In this document: positions 10,151 to 18,724 of the stretch, in pieces | Numbering within the stretch: the stretch's first letter is position 1 | How the letters are laid out: the number at the start of each line of letters is the position of its first letter | Made by a program: the position numbers and the translations under genes | Notes under the pieces: generated by a model | Seen by the model: only the letters and a program-made list of their open reading frames with translations | Database searches by the model: none | Told to the model about the DNA's origin: nothing | Assembly: GCA_963749735.1 (NCBI GenBank) | Contig: CAVVNZ010000016.1 | Location: 81,885 to 145,884, forward strand | Reading direction: 5' to 3' | From: an uncultured Chloroflexia bacterium | Lineage (GTDB): Bacteria > Chloroflexota > Limnocylindria > Limnocylindrales > CSP1-4 | DNA: 64,000 nt

Positions 10151-10762
10151 TCAGCGGTGGTGGAAGCGCTCCATCAGCGCGGTGATCGCGTCGCGCGCCT
10201 CGCGCCAGTCGGGCTGATCGCCGACGAGGCTCGAGGCGTTCGCGCCCCAGCGGCTGAGCTGGCTCATCGCCGTCACGACGGCATCGTGCTGGATCGCGCG
10301 TCGCCGGCCGGCATCGAACATCCCGGTCACGAGGTAGCGCCGGACGATGTCGAACGGCGCGTCCCAGCGGCCGACCCGGATCCGGTCGCCGTGGCGCAGC
10401 GACTCGAGCCACTCGTCGTCGCCGACCGGGTAGCGATCGTGCTCGACGAGATGGTCCGCGATCGGGACGTTCCGCCCGTGCCCGGCGAGTGACGGCAGGA
10501 GCCCGTCGTCGCCGACGGTGGCATAGCAGATGTGGCACGTCGGCAGCGCGACGTCGTCCCGCGGCGCGCCTCCGAACGGGATCCCGCAACGGGGACAGAC
10601 GGCCGCCCCCGGTCGCGACGGAGCGCGTCCGCACTGGCGGCACGAGGTGCCGCCGCCGGGCGGGGCCGGGCGCTGGTCGTCGCCGCGGGTGGTCAGCATC
10701 GCGCCGCGGAGGAGGGGAGCGTCATCGAGCCGACCGTAGTCGCGCCGGCACGGCGGCGGCAT
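10151..10762 (-). CDS. Hypothetical protein with an N-terminal zinc ribbon
   Basis: 203 aa. It has CRQC...CPRC...CHIC followed by a globular C-terminal region with host-like codon usage. I did not recognise a family. An alternative start lies at 10699. Confidence 0.55.
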   Translation of the reverse strand: MPPPCRRDYGRLDDAPLLRGAMLTTRGDDQRPAPPGGGTSCRQCGRAPSRPGAAVCPRCGIPFGGAPRDDVALPTCHICYATVGDDGLLPSLAGHGRNVPIADHLVEHDRYPVGDDEWLESLRHGDRIRVGRWDAPFDIVRRYLVTGMFDAGRRRAIQHDAVVTAMSQLSRWGANASSLVGDQPDWREARDAITALMERFHHR

Positions 10763-10835
10763 CCCCCGTTCGGCGTACCACGGCCCGGCTGTTCGTCCCG
10801 GGTGGTCGACGGCCGGTCACGCGAGGCGCCTCGGC

Positions 10836-11498
10836 CTAGGGCAGCCGCGGAGCCTCGGGACGCCGGACGTACAGGGCGACCTGCCAGAGCGGACCCCGGC
10901 GGAGGAGCTGCCGTTCGAACCCGGCGACGCGGATGAGCCGGTCCATCTCCACCTCCCGATGGACGTGGATGCGGAAGCCGTCCCCGGTCAACCGATGGCC
11001 GAGGTTGAAGACCCGCGCGCCTGCCCGCGACCACCATGCGTCGCGCGGGTAGACCAGTCCGAGCATCCGACGGGCGTGGGTGGCCGATCGACCGACGAGC
11101 TCGGGCATGACGGCGTAGCAGCAGACGACCCGGACGAGGGTCACGACGTCCGCACTCGGCACGTCGGAGGCGAGCGCCACGAAATCGCCCTCGCGCTGGA
11201 CGATCCGATCGGCCAGCCCGCGGCGCTCGGCCTCGCGTCGGGCGATCGCGATGAACGCCGGGGACGCGTCGACCGACACGGCCGACGACGCGCCGGCGGT
11301 CAGCAGCTCGAACTGGACGGCGCCCACGCCGCCGCCGATGTCGAGCAGGGTCGCGGCCTCGACGTCCTGTGCCCGGATGGCCTCGACGAGGAGTCTCGTC
11401 GGCCCGTCCGGCCCGTCCGCCAGGTAGCGCTTCAGGTCGCGTTCGGCCATCCGATCGGAGAAGACGTTCTGATGGCCGGAGCAGTCGCAGCTCGACAT
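10836..11498 (-). CDS. Class I SAM-dependent methyltransferase
   Basis: This is the 220-aa C-terminal part of the 351-aa track ORF, starting MSSCDCSGH at 11498. The SAM motif is LLDIGGGVGAV. The upstream extension is Arg/Pro-rich noise. Confidence 0.8.
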   Translation of the reverse strand: MSSCDCSGHQNVFSDRMAERDLKRYLADGPDGPTRLLVEAIRAQDVEAATLLDIGGGVGAVQFELLTAGASSAVSVDASPAFIAIARREAERRGLADRIVQREGDFVALASDVPSADVVTLVRVVCCYAVMPELVGRSATHARRMLGLVYPRDAWWSRAGARVFNLGHRLTGDGFRIHVHREVEMDRLIRVAGFERQLLRRGPLWQVALYVRRPEAPRLP

Positions 11499-11550
11499 GG
11501 CCGGCAGTCTACGCCTCGCTCCCGGCGCCCCGATACGGCACCATGGCCGC

Positions 11551-13185
11551 ATGACCCGACGCTGGAACGGCTGGGGTGACGACGGCATCGTCGGCAAGGT
11601 GCCGGGCGGCGCGATCTCCCATCTCGAGGGCCTGGTCGGACCCGGTCGCCCGAGTCCCGACGCCTCACTCGGCGACGTGCTGGCTTCGATCCCCGCGGGC
11701 CGGCTCCCGGACCACCCGTTGATCTCGTCCGATGCGGAGGACCGGGTCCGGCATGCGCGCGGACAGAGTCTGGGCGACTGGGTCGCGCTGCGGAGCGGGG
11801 CGCTCGGGCGGGTGCCCGACGGCGTCGGTCGTCCGTCGTCGTCGGCCGAGGTCCGGGACCTGCTCGCGTATGCCCGGACGGCCGGCGCCACGGTCGTGCC
11901 CTACGGCGGCGGCAGCAGCGTGGTCGGCGGACTGTCCCCGGCCGACCTCGGCCCGCCGCAGGGCGGGGACCCACCGGTCCTGGTCGTCGACCTTGAGCGA
12001 CTGGCCGGCCTCCGGGCGTTCGATCCAGCCAGCGGCCTCGCGACGTTCGGTGCCGGCGTCACCGGGCCGGCGCTCGAGTCGGCGCTCAAGGCGCACGGCC
12101 GGATGCTCGGCCACGAGCCGCAGTCCTGGGAGTATTCGACGCTCGGTGGCTGGGTCGCGACGCGGTCGTCGGGACAGCGCTCGCTCGGCTTCGGCCGGAT
12201 CGAGGCGCTCTTCGCCGGCGGGAGGCTCGAGGCGCCCGCCGGCACGCTCGACCTGCCCACCCACCCGGCTTCGGCAGCCGGTCCGGACCTGCGCCAGATC
12301 GTGCTCGGCTCGGAGGGTCGGCTGGGGATCGTCAGCGAGGCGACGGTCCGGACGGTCCCGATCCCCGAGTACCAGCGGACGCTCGCCCTGTTCCTGCCGG
12401 ACTGGGGACGCGGCATGGCGACCCTGCTCGAGCTGGCCGGCGCCCGCTTGCCGCTGGCGATGGTCCGGCTGTCGACCCAGGACGAGACGCGGACGACCCT
12501 CGCCCTCGCCGGGCGCCGGCGCCGGGTCGGCCTGGCGATGCGCTGGGTCGGTCTCCGCGGCGGCGGCGACGACCCGTGTCTCCTGCTTCTCGGCCTGGCC
12601 GGCCAGACCCGGATCGCCGAGGCCACGGCCGGCGTCGCGTCGAAGATCGTCCGCCACCATGGGGGTGTACCGGCCCCCGACGCCTTCGGCCGGCAGTGGG
12701 ACGCCGGGCGCTTCCTCCAGCCCTACCTGCGGAACACCCTGTGGGAGGCCGGTTACGCGGTCGACACGCTCGAGACCGCGACCGACTGGACCCGGGCGCC
12801 GACCCTGGCCGCGGCGCTCGTCCAGACGCTGAACGCCGGCCTCGACGGGGAGAACGAGCGCGTCCACGCGTTCGCCCACCTGTCCCACCTCTACTCGTCG
12901 GGCACCAGCATCTACGTCACCTACCTCTTCCGCCAGTCGCCCCGGCCCGAGGGGACCTACCGGCGCTGGCTCGCCCTCAAGACGGCCGCCAGCCGCACGA
13001 TCGTCGAGCACGGCGGCACGATCAGCCACCAGCACGGCGTGGGACGGGATCACCTGCCCTATCTCGCGGTCGAGAAGGGCGAGCTCGGGATGGCGGCCCT
13101 CCGGGACGTCGCCGCCCGGTTCGACCCCGACGGCGTGATGGACCCGGACGTCCTGCTCGGCGAGCCGACCGACGCCGCGCCGTGA
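11551..13185 (+). CDS. FAD-linked oxidase, alkyl-DHAP-synthase (AgpS)-like
   Basis: It starts MTRRWNGWGD (the RWNGWG N-terminal signature). It also has VVPYGGGSSVVGG and C-terminal GGTISHQHGVGRDH. Confidence 0.85.
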   Translation: MTRRWNGWGDDGIVGKVPGGAISHLEGLVGPGRPSPDASLGDVLASIPAGRLPDHPLISSDAEDRVRHARGQSLGDWVALRSGALGRVPDGVGRPSSSAEVRDLLAYARTAGATVVPYGGGSSVVGGLSPADLGPPQGGDPPVLVVDLERLAGLRAFDPASGLATFGAGVTGPALESALKAHGRMLGHEPQSWEYSTLGGWVATRSSGQRSLGFGRIEALFAGGRLEAPAGTLDLPTHPASAAGPDLRQIVLGSEGRLGIVSEATVRTVPIPEYQRTLALFLPDWGRGMATLLELAGARLPLAMVRLSTQDETRTTLALAGRRRRVGLAMRWVGLRGGGDDPCLLLLGLAGQTRIAEATAGVASKIVRHHGGVPAPDAFGRQWDAGRFLQPYLRNTLWEAGYAVDTLETATDWTRAPTLAAALVQTLNAGLDGENERVHAFAHLSHLYSSGTSIYVTYLFRQSPRPEGTYRRWLALKTAASRTIVEHGGTISHQHGVGRDHLPYLAVEKGELGMAALRDVAARFDPDGVMDPDVLLGEPTDAAP

Positions 13186-14750
13186 GCGGATCGGCCGACC
13201 ATATCCTGGCGATCGACTGCGGGACGCAGAGCCTCCGCGCCCTGATCTTCGATCCTCGCGGCGTGATCGTGGCCAGGGCCCGCGTCCCGTTCGAGCCGTA
13301 CGTCTCGCCCCAGCCCGGCTGGGCGGAGCAGGACCCCGAGGTCTGGTGGCGCGCGCTCGGGGAGGCCTGCCGGCGGGTGATGGCGGATCCCGCTACGCCG
13401 GCCGGCGGGCTGGCCGCGGTGACGCTGACGACCCAGCGCGGCTCGATCGTCGTCGTCGACGAGGCGGGCGACCCGCTCCGGCCGGCGATCGTCTGGCTCG
13501 ACCAGCGCCGGACCGAGGGACTCCGGCCGATCGGCGGCCTCACCGGGGCGGCGTTCCGGGCGCTCGGCGTGCGCGACACGGTCGCGGCGTTCCAGGCCGA
13601 CGCGGAGGTCAACTGGATCCGCCGCCACCAGCCGGACGTATGGGCACGGACGAAGGGATACCTGCTCGTCTCGGGCTTCCTGACGCGGCGTCTGACCGGC
13701 CGGATGGTCGACTCGGTCGGCGCCCAGGTCGGCTACCTCCCGTTCGACTACAAGCGCCAGCGCTGGAGCCCGCCGGGGGACTGGAAGTGGCGGGTCGCGC
13801 CGGTCGAGCCGGCGATGCTGCCCGAGCTCGTCCCGCCAGGCGAGCGCCTCGGCGAGATCACGCGCGCAGCGGCGGACGCCACGGGGATCCCCGTCGGCCT
13901 GCCGGTCATCGCGGCGGCCGCCGACAAGGCCTGCGAGGTGCTCGGGGCGGGGGCGCTCGAACCGCACATCGGCGCGGTGTCGTACGGCACGACCGCCACC
14001 CTCAACACGACCCAGCGGCGGTACGTCGAAGCGATCCCGCTGATCCCGCCCTATCCGGCGGCCATCCCCGGCGCGTACAGCCTGGAGATCCAGGTCATGC
14101 GCGGCTACTGGATGGTCGAGTGGTTCAAGCGAGAGTTCGGCGACCGGGAGGTCGCTCGCGCATCGGCGGCCGGGATCGAGCCCGAGGTCCTGTTCGACGA
14201 GCTCGTCCGCTCGGTCCCGCCGGGGTCGATGGGCCTGACCCTGCAACCCTACTGGTCGCCCGGGGTCCGGATCCCCGGGCCGGAGGCCAAGGGCGCGATC
14301 ATCGGCTGGGGCGACATCCACACCCGGGCGCACCTCTACCGCGCGATCCTCGAGGGCCTGGCCTATGCGCTGCGCGACGGCGCCGAGCGGACGGAACGGC
14401 GGACGAAGGTCGGGATCACCGAGCTGCGCGTGTCCGGCGGCGGTTCCCAGAGCCCGTCGGCCGTCCAGCTGACCGCCGACGTGTTCGGGCTGCCGACCGG
14501 ACGGCCGCACACGTACGAGACGTCAGGACTCGGTGCGGCGATCGACGCCGCGGTCGGCCTGGGCATCCACCCATCGTTCGAGGCGGCGGTGGCGGCGATG
14601 ACCCGGGTCGTCGAGGTCCGCGACCCGGACCCGGTGGCGCAGGCGACCTACGACGCGCTGTACCGCGATGTCTATCAACGGATGTACCCCGCGCTCAAGC
14701 CGCTGTACCGGTCGATCCGCCGGATCACGGGCTATCCGCCGCGGGTCTGA
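13182..14750 (+). CDS. FGGY-family carbohydrate kinase
   Basis: The GTG at 13182 overlaps the upstream stop (GTGA). It has ILAIDCGTQSLRAL, GWAEQDPEVWW and VSGGGSQS. Confidence 0.85.
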   Translation: MSGSADHILAIDCGTQSLRALIFDPRGVIVARARVPFEPYVSPQPGWAEQDPEVWWRALGEACRRVMADPATPAGGLAAVTLTTQRGSIVVVDEAGDPLRPAIVWLDQRRTEGLRPIGGLTGAAFRALGVRDTVAAFQADAEVNWIRRHQPDVWARTKGYLLVSGFLTRRLTGRMVDSVGAQVGYLPFDYKRQRWSPPGDWKWRVAPVEPAMLPELVPPGERLGEITRAAADATGIPVGLPVIAAAADKACEVLGAGALEPHIGAVSYGTTATLNTTQRRYVEAIPLIPPYPAAIPGAYSLEIQVMRGYWMVEWFKREFGDREVARASAAGIEPEVLFDELVRSVPPGSMGLTLQPYWSPGVRIPGPEAKGAIIGWGDIHTRAHLYRAILEGLAYALRDGAERTERRTKVGITELRVSGGGSQSPSAVQLTADVFGLPTGRPHTYETSGLGAAIDAAVGLGIHPSFEAAVAAMTRVVEVRDPDPVAQATYDALYRDVYQRMYPALKPLYRSIRRITGYPPRV

Positions 14751-14781
14751 CGCGGTGGGTCGGCGGACGCGGTCGGGGACC

Positions 14782-14820
14782 AGGCGGCGTGGACTAGGCG
14801 GCGTGGACTAGGCGGCGGGA
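14782..14820. repeat. 14-bp tandem duplication (aggcggcgtggact x2 plus an 8-nt partial copy)
   Basis: Read directly at 14782-14795 and 14796-14809, then aggcggcg. The second copy supplies the stop codon (cta at 14808-14810) of the minus-strand gene. Confidence 0.9.
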
Positions 14821-15368
14821 CCCGAGGCCTGGCCCGGATCGGCACCGGGGGTGTACGTCGCCTGGACGATCTTCGACTCGGCACCCGGGAAGAAGAAGCC
14901 GAGCTCGAGGTCGCTCTCCACCCGTTCGACGACGTAGCGGTTGACCCAGGCGAGGCCGTGCTCGATCGTCCCGCCGTCGGGCCGCGAGGCCAGCGACAGG
15001 GTCACCTTGTCGAGAAGGACGAACGAGCCGGTCGGCCGGGCGAGGGCGCGAGCGGGATCGAAGCCGGGCATCGTCGGCATCCGCCCGGACACGAGGTACG
15101 GTCCGCACAGGAGCAGGACGTCGTGCCAGGCAGGATGGACGATCACGGGGGTGTCCGCCGGAGCGACGACCACGAACAGGTCGTCGGTCGCGAGGTTGAC
15201 GCCGCCGGACGGGTCGGGGATCGCCGGCGACCCATCGAGTGGGGCGAGATGGCCCTGGGTGACCTCGATGTGCGGGTCGAGCTCGAGCAGGTCGCCCAGT
15301 CGACTGTGACCCGTCGCGATGCCGCGACGGACGCCATCGGCGGTATAGGCCTCGAACCGGATCGGCAC
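14808..15368 (-). CDS. Hypothetical protein, apparent paralogue of 28321..29109
   Basis: 186 aa. The GTG start has GGGGAG upstream and codon usage is host-like. It has a two-part architecture (RLGDLLEL...DDLFVVVAP, then YLVSG...FVLLDKVTL...AWVNRYVVERVE). Confidence 0.6.
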   Translation of the reverse strand: MPIRFEAYTADGVRRGIATGHSRLGDLLELDPHIEVTQGHLAPLDGSPAIPDPSGGVNLATDDLFVVVAPADTPVIVHPAWHDVLLLCGPYLVSGRMPTMPGFDPARALARPTGSFVLLDKVTLSLASRPDGGTIEHGLAWVNRYVVERVESDLELGFFFPGAESKIVQATYTPGADPGQASGPAA

Positions 15369-15446
15369 GATCGAAACTCCCCGGTGTCGAACACGTTATG
15401 ACCTTCTCCGGAGCCCCCCAGGACAGGGCGGAACGGAGCGACACCC

Positions 15447-15884
15447 ATGGTCACCCTACAGCCGAACCACGGCATCCCGGCACAGTACCTTCGTCGTAGC
15501 GTCGAGAGGGATAAGTCCGCCGATCGGGACCGTGGCGCGGGCCAGCGTGCAGCGAATGCTGCTCAGGCGGCCGCGGATGGCGTAGTGATCGGGCGCACAT
15601 TCGATGGTGACTGGGGCGTGTCGGGCGGTCGCGGCTCCAGGACGAAGCGGACGGCGATGGCAGAGCTCGTGGAAGCGATCCGGGCCGGTCAGATCTCGAC
15701 GGTCTACTGCCACACGACCGATCGGCTCGCCCGCGACGTGGAGTTCGGGATGACCCTCTGGAATGCCTGTGCCGACGCCGGGACGATCCTCCGCCCTGGA
15801 TCGCAGCGGTTCGACCCTCGGGAGCCCGGGTACCTCATCAATGGCGGGGCGGCTGTCGCGGCTCGGTCTCGCCTGACGGCCTGA
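15447..15884 (+). CDS. Serine recombinase (resolvase) catalytic domain only; truncated relic
   Basis: It has YLRRS (nucleophile-Ser context), DWGVSGG and TTDRLARDVEF, which are the resolvase N-terminal motifs. The ORF stops after 145 aa with no DNA-binding or recombinase domain, and nothing recombinase-like follows in the other + strand frames I could check. It lies in a lower-GC patch. Confidence 0.65.
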   Translation: MVTLQPNHGIPAQYLRRSVERDKSADRDRGAGQRAANAAQAAADGVVIGRTFDGDWGVSGGRGSRTKRTAMAELVEAIRAGQISTVYCHTTDRLARDVEFGMTLWNACADAGTILRPGSQRFDPREPGYLINGGAAVAARSRLTA

Positions 15885-15895
15885 GGTCGTCAGGC
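15871..15895. terminator. Hairpin between convergent genes (candidate bidirectional terminator)
   Basis: gcctgacg (15871-15878) pairs with cgtcaggc (15888-15895), with a 9-nt loop. It spans both stop codons. Confidence 0.45.
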
Positions 15896-16813
15896 GCGCC
15901 CCAGCAGGCGGCTCGCCCGGCGACGCACACGCCGGGCCAGGGTGCGAGACGAGGCTACGCCCCGTCGAGCACGCCGGGCTGCGCGCCGGCCGGCCATCGT
16001 CGTCCGTTTCGTGAGACTCGGCCCCTTGGGCTCCGGGTCGACGATCGTATCGGACGCGGATCGCTGGAGGACCACGACGTCCTGGAATACCCGGCCGGGC
16101 TCGCCCGCCCACGTTCCGCGATCGATGGCGAGCACCTCGAGCCGGGCGGCGCCGACCATCGCGCGAACGGCGCCCTCCTCGTACGCGATCGCGCGGAGCG
16201 GATTCCCCTCCTCCGTGTAGCGCGTCACTTCGTCTAGGACATGAATCATCGGGTATGTGGCCGCGGCTGAGGTCGCCCGCGGCAATCGAGCCTCATCGAA
16301 CAGGAACCACGTCGTGACCGCGACGCCGCCCGGACGGAGGACGCGCCGAATCTCGTCGAGGTACCGCTCGATGTCGGGGCGGTACAGGTGGGTGCACAGA
16401 CTGAACAGGGCGCACACGTCGGTGCTGGCGCTCCGAGCCGGGAAAGAGGCCTCGGTCGGCTCGATCATGCCGCCCGGGTTGTAGCGTCCGTTGCGGATGT
16501 CGAAGTGCTCGAAGCGCAGCTTCGGGAAGTTCGGTGTGATCGCCGTCCGGCACCAGTCGATCTGGGGCTTGAGGATATCGAAGCCGAGATACGGGCCTCG
16601 GTGATCGGTCGCGTGGAGGATACCGAGCGCGAGCCGCCCGTAGCCGCAGCCTACGTCGACGACGGCCGAGTCAGCGGTCATGCCGAACGCCACGAGCAGC
16701 CCGGCAAGCTCGTCGCCGACCTGAATGAGCTGTTCGTCGTTCTCTCCCATGAACCGCATCCTCGCGGGGGGCAGCGGGAGCGGCTGACCCGAACGCGCGG
16801 TGAACATCGACAT
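15890..16813 (-). CDS. Class I SAM-dependent methyltransferase (lower-GC gene)
   Basis: 307 aa from MSMFTARS at 16813. It has VVDVGCGYGRLA and LRPGGVAVTTWF, with an Arg-rich C-terminal tail. It has no DPPY/NPPY-type DNA-methyltransferase motif. Confidence 0.75.
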   Translation of the reverse strand: MSMFTARSGQPLPLPPARMRFMGENDEQLIQVGDELAGLLVAFGMTADSAVVDVGCGYGRLALGILHATDHRGPYLGFDILKPQIDWCRTAITPNFPKLRFEHFDIRNGRYNPGGMIEPTEASFPARSASTDVCALFSLCTHLYRPDIERYLDEIRRVLRPGGVAVTTWFLFDEARLPRATSAAATYPMIHVLDEVTRYTEEGNPLRAIAYEEGAVRAMVGAARLEVLAIDRGTWAGEPGRVFQDVVVLQRSASDTIVDPEPKGPSLTKRTTMAGRRAARRARRGVASSRTLARRVRRRASRLLGRA

Positions 16814-17007
16814 GGATGGTATCCGGCCCAGCCCGGTGGAGTTCGATCGATCAGACACGGAAGTGTCGTCTCCCGCTATGAGGTCGGGCTCGTGCCAGGG
16901 CTCGGCGGCGCCGAGTCCTTCGGGTCCCAGCGCTTCGGTGCGGTGCCGGGAGCGGGGAACAGGCCGGCCGGCGCCGGACCGGCCCCACCACCCGAAGGAG
17001 CGATGAC

Positions 17008-17262
17008 ATGACACGAGCCGCACGCCGACACCCAGCCGAGAAGGCCCTGGCCGATATCCGAGGCTGGAAGGCTCGGTGGGCCACCGTCCAGACCGTTGCC
17101 GAGACGGAGCACATCATCGCCACGGAAGCCTGGCTCCGCCGGGTGATCGCCGTGACCGTCGCCGAGAAGGCCGCCGCGAAGGCCGCCCCAGCCGCCAAGC
17201 CTGGAGCCAAGGCCGCCGCACCCAAGCCGGCCGCGGACGGCGGAGGCGCCTCCCCGGACTGA
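17008..17262 (+). CDS. Small hypothetical protein with an Ala/Lys/Pro-rich tail
   Basis: 84 aa. GAAGGAG lies upstream of the ATG. The C-terminus (AEKAAAKAAPAAKPGAKAAAPKPAA) resembles histone-like tails. Confidence 0.45.
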   Translation: MTRAARRHPAEKALADIRGWKARWATVQTVAETEHIIATEAWLRRVIAVTVAEKAAAKAAPAAKPGAKAAAPKPAADGGGASPD

Positions 17263-17363
17263 CCACCGCCAACACCGACCCCGACCCCGTGGCCCCCACC
17301 CCAGGGCCGCGTCTTGCGTCATACGATGCGCAATGGTGCGCCGGCTCGATCCGTTCGTACCGC

Positions 17364-18158
17364 TCAGTAGGGCGGCCAGGGGACGGCCGGCCAGTCGGCC
17401 GACGGCTCGGGGAAGGACCCGCTGTCGAGCAGCGCGTCGAGACGGTCGCGCGTCGCTTCGACCTCTTCGGGTTCGAGGAGCTCGGCGAGGGCGGTGCCCA
17501 GGTCGTCGTCGAGCAGCGCCCGGAGCGCGCGGAGCGTGGCCAGCTCGTCGGGCGCGATCGGACTTCCGCGCCACGCCCAGAGCACGGTCCGCAGCTTGGG
17601 GTCGACGGAGAAGCAGACGCCGTGGTCGACGCCGAACAGGCGGATCCCATCCCCCTCCGCGCAGGGCAGGATATGGCCGCCCTTCCGGTCGGTGTTGTTG
17701 ACGACCGCATCGAACAGGGCCATCGGCCGGAGGCGGGGGTCGGCATCCTGGACCAGCTCCCAGGCGTCGACCTCGGGGTCCTCGTCCAGCCACAGCTGGA
17801 CCATCCCCGGGCCGGCGGGACCGTCGCGCAGGACGGTCGGCGGGACGAGGTCCCAGCCGCTCGCGCGGGAGACGAGATAAGCGGCGGCTTCGCGGTTCGC
17901 GAGCGTCCGGTCGGGAAAGTCCCACAGCGGGCGTTCGAACGCCACCGGCTTGTAGACGACGGCGGCGAGGGCCGCATCGCGATCCGGCGGGTCGTCGCCG
18001 AGGAGCCGGCCGAGCAGACCGCTCGGGTCGGCGTCGGGCGGCGACCCGCCATCCTGGTTCGGCAGGCGGACGATCCCGACCAGGGCGGCGTTCGACGAGA
18101 CCGTCAGCCGTCCGCGCACCTCGAGCTCCCCGTCCCGGAGGAGCCGGAGCGCGTCCAT
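17364..18158 (-). CDS. SCO1664-family protein (PI3/PI4-kinase-like fold)
   Basis: 264 aa. It has VYKPVAFERPLWDFP, AVVNNTDRKGGHIL and GVDHGVCF. It is the last gene of a tight three-gene operon. Confidence 0.8.
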   Translation of the reverse strand: MDALRLLRDGELEVRGRLTVSSNAALVGIVRLPNQDGGSPPDADPSGLLGRLLGDDPPDRDAALAAVVYKPVAFERPLWDFPDRTLANREAAAYLVSRASGWDLVPPTVLRDGPAGPGMVQLWLDEDPEVDAWELVQDADPRLRPMALFDAVVNNTDRKGGHILPCAEGDGIRLFGVDHGVCFSVDPKLRTVLWAWRGSPIAPDELATLRALRALLDDDLGTALAELLEPEEVEATRDRLDALLDSGSFPEPSADWPAVPWPPY

Positions 18159-18160
18159 GC

Positions 18161-18715
18161 CTAGTTCAGGTAGGCGTTCGGCCGGGCGCAGATGTGGCCC
18201 TGCGGATCGAGCGGCTCACCACAGCGCGGGCAGAGCGGGCGACCCGCCGCCACCACCCGGGTGGCCCGATCGACGAACGCCCGGGCGGTCGGACCGTCGA
18301 TCCGGATCCGGACGAGATCCGGGCCGTCGGGGCCCTCCTCTGTGTCGTCGGGCGACGCGTCGCCGTCCTCGGGGATGGCGGCCGCCTCGATGACCACGCG
18401 GTCGTGCTCGCCGTCCCAGGCGAGGGTCATCGCCCCGACTCGGAAGGCCTCGACGAGCGGCTCGCCGAGCGGACCGGTATCGACCTCGTCCGGGTCCGCG
18501 GCCACGGGAACGCTGTCGATGCCGCGATCGGCCAGGATGTCGAGGAGCGCGTCGAGCTGCTGGGCAAGGACGGCGACCTGGGTCTTCTCGAGGGCGACGC
18601 TGACGACGTCGCCGCCCTTGCGAGCCTGGAGGAAGAACGTGCGGCCGCCCGGTTCGCCGATCGTGCCGGCGACGAAGCGGTCCGGGCCGTCGAAGGTGTA
18701 GACACGGCGGGACAT
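18161..18715 (-). CDS. DUF3090-family protein
   Basis: 184 aa. It has FVAGTIGEPGGRTFFLQAR and the C-terminal CPRCGEPLDPQGHICARPN motif. There is a 2-nt gap to the next gene. Confidence 0.8.
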   Translation of the reverse strand: MSRRVYTFDGPDRFVAGTIGEPGGRTFFLQARKGGDVVSVALEKTQVAVLAQQLDALLDILADRGIDSVPVAADPDEVDTGPLGEPLVEAFRVGAMTLAWDGEHDRVVIEAAAIPEDGDASPDDTEEGPDGPDLVRIRIDGPTARAFVDRATRVVAAGRPLCPRCGEPLDPQGHICARPNAYLN

Positions 18716-18724
18716 GGATGGACT

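Noticed and set aside
8334-10643. 769-aa minus-strand ORF
   Set aside because: It is antisense to the DEAD-box helicase. It is Arg/Pro/Gly-rich with no recognisable domain and is a typical high-GC shadow ORF. The same reasoning applies to 2275..4620, 4510..5940 (apart from its 64-aa tail), 31499..34132, 41978..44008, 58981..60309 and 60180..62243.
15884-16220. Continuation of the serine recombinase in another frame (a possible frameshifted full-length gene)
   Set aside because: Plus-strand ORFs downstream (for example 15942..16220) show no recombinase or HTH-like sequence. The region is occupied by the convergent methyltransferase, so this is a true truncation and not a frameshift.
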